DNA from: Nemertoderma westbladi
Taxonomy: Eukaryota; Animalia; Xenacoelomorpha
Direction: 5' to 3'
Length of the DNA stretch: 37,639 bases
NCBI GenBank assembly: GCA_032718475.1
Contig: JAUCBJ010005280.1
Location: 1 to 37,639, forward strand
In this document: positions 36,192 through 37,639 of the stretch, in pieces
Position numbering within the stretch: the stretch's first letter is position 1
How the letters are laid out: each line of letters begins with the position of its first letter
The notes under the pieces: generated by a model
Seen by the model: the letters and a program-made list of their open reading frames with translations, nothing else
Databases searched by the model: none
Told to the model about the DNA's origin: nothing
Position numbers and translations under genes: made by a program

Positions 36192-36289
36192 GGTTTTAGG
36201 TTAGCGTAGTGTAATATTGTATTTGTAACCAAGTAACATAAAGGACCCCCTTGGAAATAAGCTGCAAAGCTTTAGGGGTAATCCTATAT

Positions 36290-36855
36290 GTTACCCCATA
36301 CTTGGGTCTACCAGCAGAAAACTGGAAGTTAAGAGACCATTGCACCAAGCGCATATGGGGAAATCTGCACCAATTACATAATAATTGGTTTGGAGCTGAC
36401 AGTGTTCCTTCCATTCGATATTACTAAACTGATATGGAATACGGTCTGCTTACCATCAGCACTTTATGGATGTGCTTGCATTCCAAGTAACATTATAGAA
36501 GATATTAAAATAACCTGGTATAAAGCACTGAGAAGTATACTATCTGTCAAAAACTACTGTATGTATCCAACCAAACAATAGATTGTACATTCCTCATTCC
36601 AAATTTCTTCTAAAGTCAGCAAGTCTTCGCTCTAATTACAGCGCATTCAATTCTAATACCAAGGGGATCTATCTCTCTTATTACTTCCTTTCTCACCACA
36701 TAGCGGGAACATCGAAAGATTTAATGCTACAAGATTACAGCAGATACGCATTTCAACTTGGAATTCCATCGCTAGAAGCGCTCTCAATTAATCAATACAA
36801 AATTAAACAGATTATTTATCAGAAAAAAACAGGAAGGAAAACACGACTTAATTAA
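36290..36855 (+). mobile_element. Old LINE fragment, RT thumb region; likely the continuation of 33780-33976
   Basis: PYLG...KRIWGNLHQL, then after a frameshift KLIWNTVCLPSALYG..WYKALRSIL. Confidence 0.6.
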
Positions 36856-37049
36856 CACACGTTTCAGCATTCACTTTGACGCACGATATATGCAGGTAGT
36901 TTTAAATAAACCCAAATATAATTTCAACGTAAAAACATGACGTGTTAGTTGAATATTTTCAACCCAGGTGGCAAATAGTTTAATAAGCAACACATACACT
37001 GGTGTGGTACTTAGGAATAACAATAATAGGATTGTTTAGAATTCCGACC

Positions 37050-37156
37050 ACGATCTTGGGACAAAAAAATAATATATATTATATTGTGCAACCCTAAATA
37101 TTTTAACGATCTTGGCACAAAATATATATTATATTGTGCAACCCTAAATATTTTAT
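37050..37156. repeat. ~56-bp tandem duplication
   Basis: acgatcttgg.acaaa..atatatattatattgtgcaaccctaaatatttta occurs twice. Confidence 0.75.
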
Positions 37157-37639
37157 TCTATCGATAGAGACAAAGTATGTATAGTATAATATTCTGCTGT
37201 TTTTATGTGTTTTGCAGTATTTTACCGTCTACTATACCGGTCATGTGACGTATTATATATTTGGTTTTAACATTTGAATTCAATTAAAGGCACCGGGGCC
37301 AAATCCGGGAATGAAATGAATGAATGATCGCAGGTGATTTGTGATTTTAATTGCGTCATGCGTTTTTATTGCGGCTCAATAAATAGCGATAAAACTCTTG
37401 TGATTCGCATGTGATTCACATGTAAAATAGGGAAGCGATTAACCACGCATGCGATTCATTTACGCTTGTAATTCCGTGCATGAAAATCGCATGGGAATTA
37501 CAACTCATTTAACGCTTATAGTTGCAGCTCTTAATAAAAGCTGTCACTAAGTAGCTGTACGAATACTAACTCTAATGAATACCACCCCTGATGACTTTTC
37601 TGAATCTGGACTACTTACTTAAATAGTAGAGTTAAGCAG

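Larger units (their letters stand above)
32706..37587. mobile_element. Possible PIF/Harbinger-type non-autonomous element with nested insertions
   Basis: 13-bp TIR gggYggtattcat (1 mismatch), CTG on both sides (32703-05 and 37588-90), and repeated subterminal gtattc motifs. These could instead be ends of two separate copies. Confidence 0.45.

Overview
AT-rich eukaryotic (probably invertebrate animal) DNA made mostly of nested transposable elements. The only clear host gene is a short-type ABCC/MRP (ABCC4-like) transporter: one ~3.6-kb exon (1134-4744) with a single frameshift at ~3455. The centrepiece is a ~12.6-kb BEL/Pao LTR retrotransposon (9047-21633). Its LTRs are near-identical, its Gag N-terminus is very long, and its pol lacks RT and integrase through in-frame deletions. 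A 3.3-kb extra region between pol and the 3' LTR holds two covarying structured-RNA repeats, a ~130-nt G-U-rich hairpin and a decayed ~500-codon soluble, basic accessory ORF that is not env-like. The window also contains a Penelope-like element cut at its GIY-YIG domain, a Gypsy integrase fragment, several pieces of one RTE LINE family (one split by a 2.03-kb solo LTR with an ACCAG TSD) and a CRE-clade fragment. The same RTE-tail/CRE junction occurs twice. There are also Tc1/mariner-, Kolobok- and Harbinger-type non-autonomous DNA elements, a 36-bp hairpin minisatellite and an orphan ORF. All alignments, folds and counts were made by eye.
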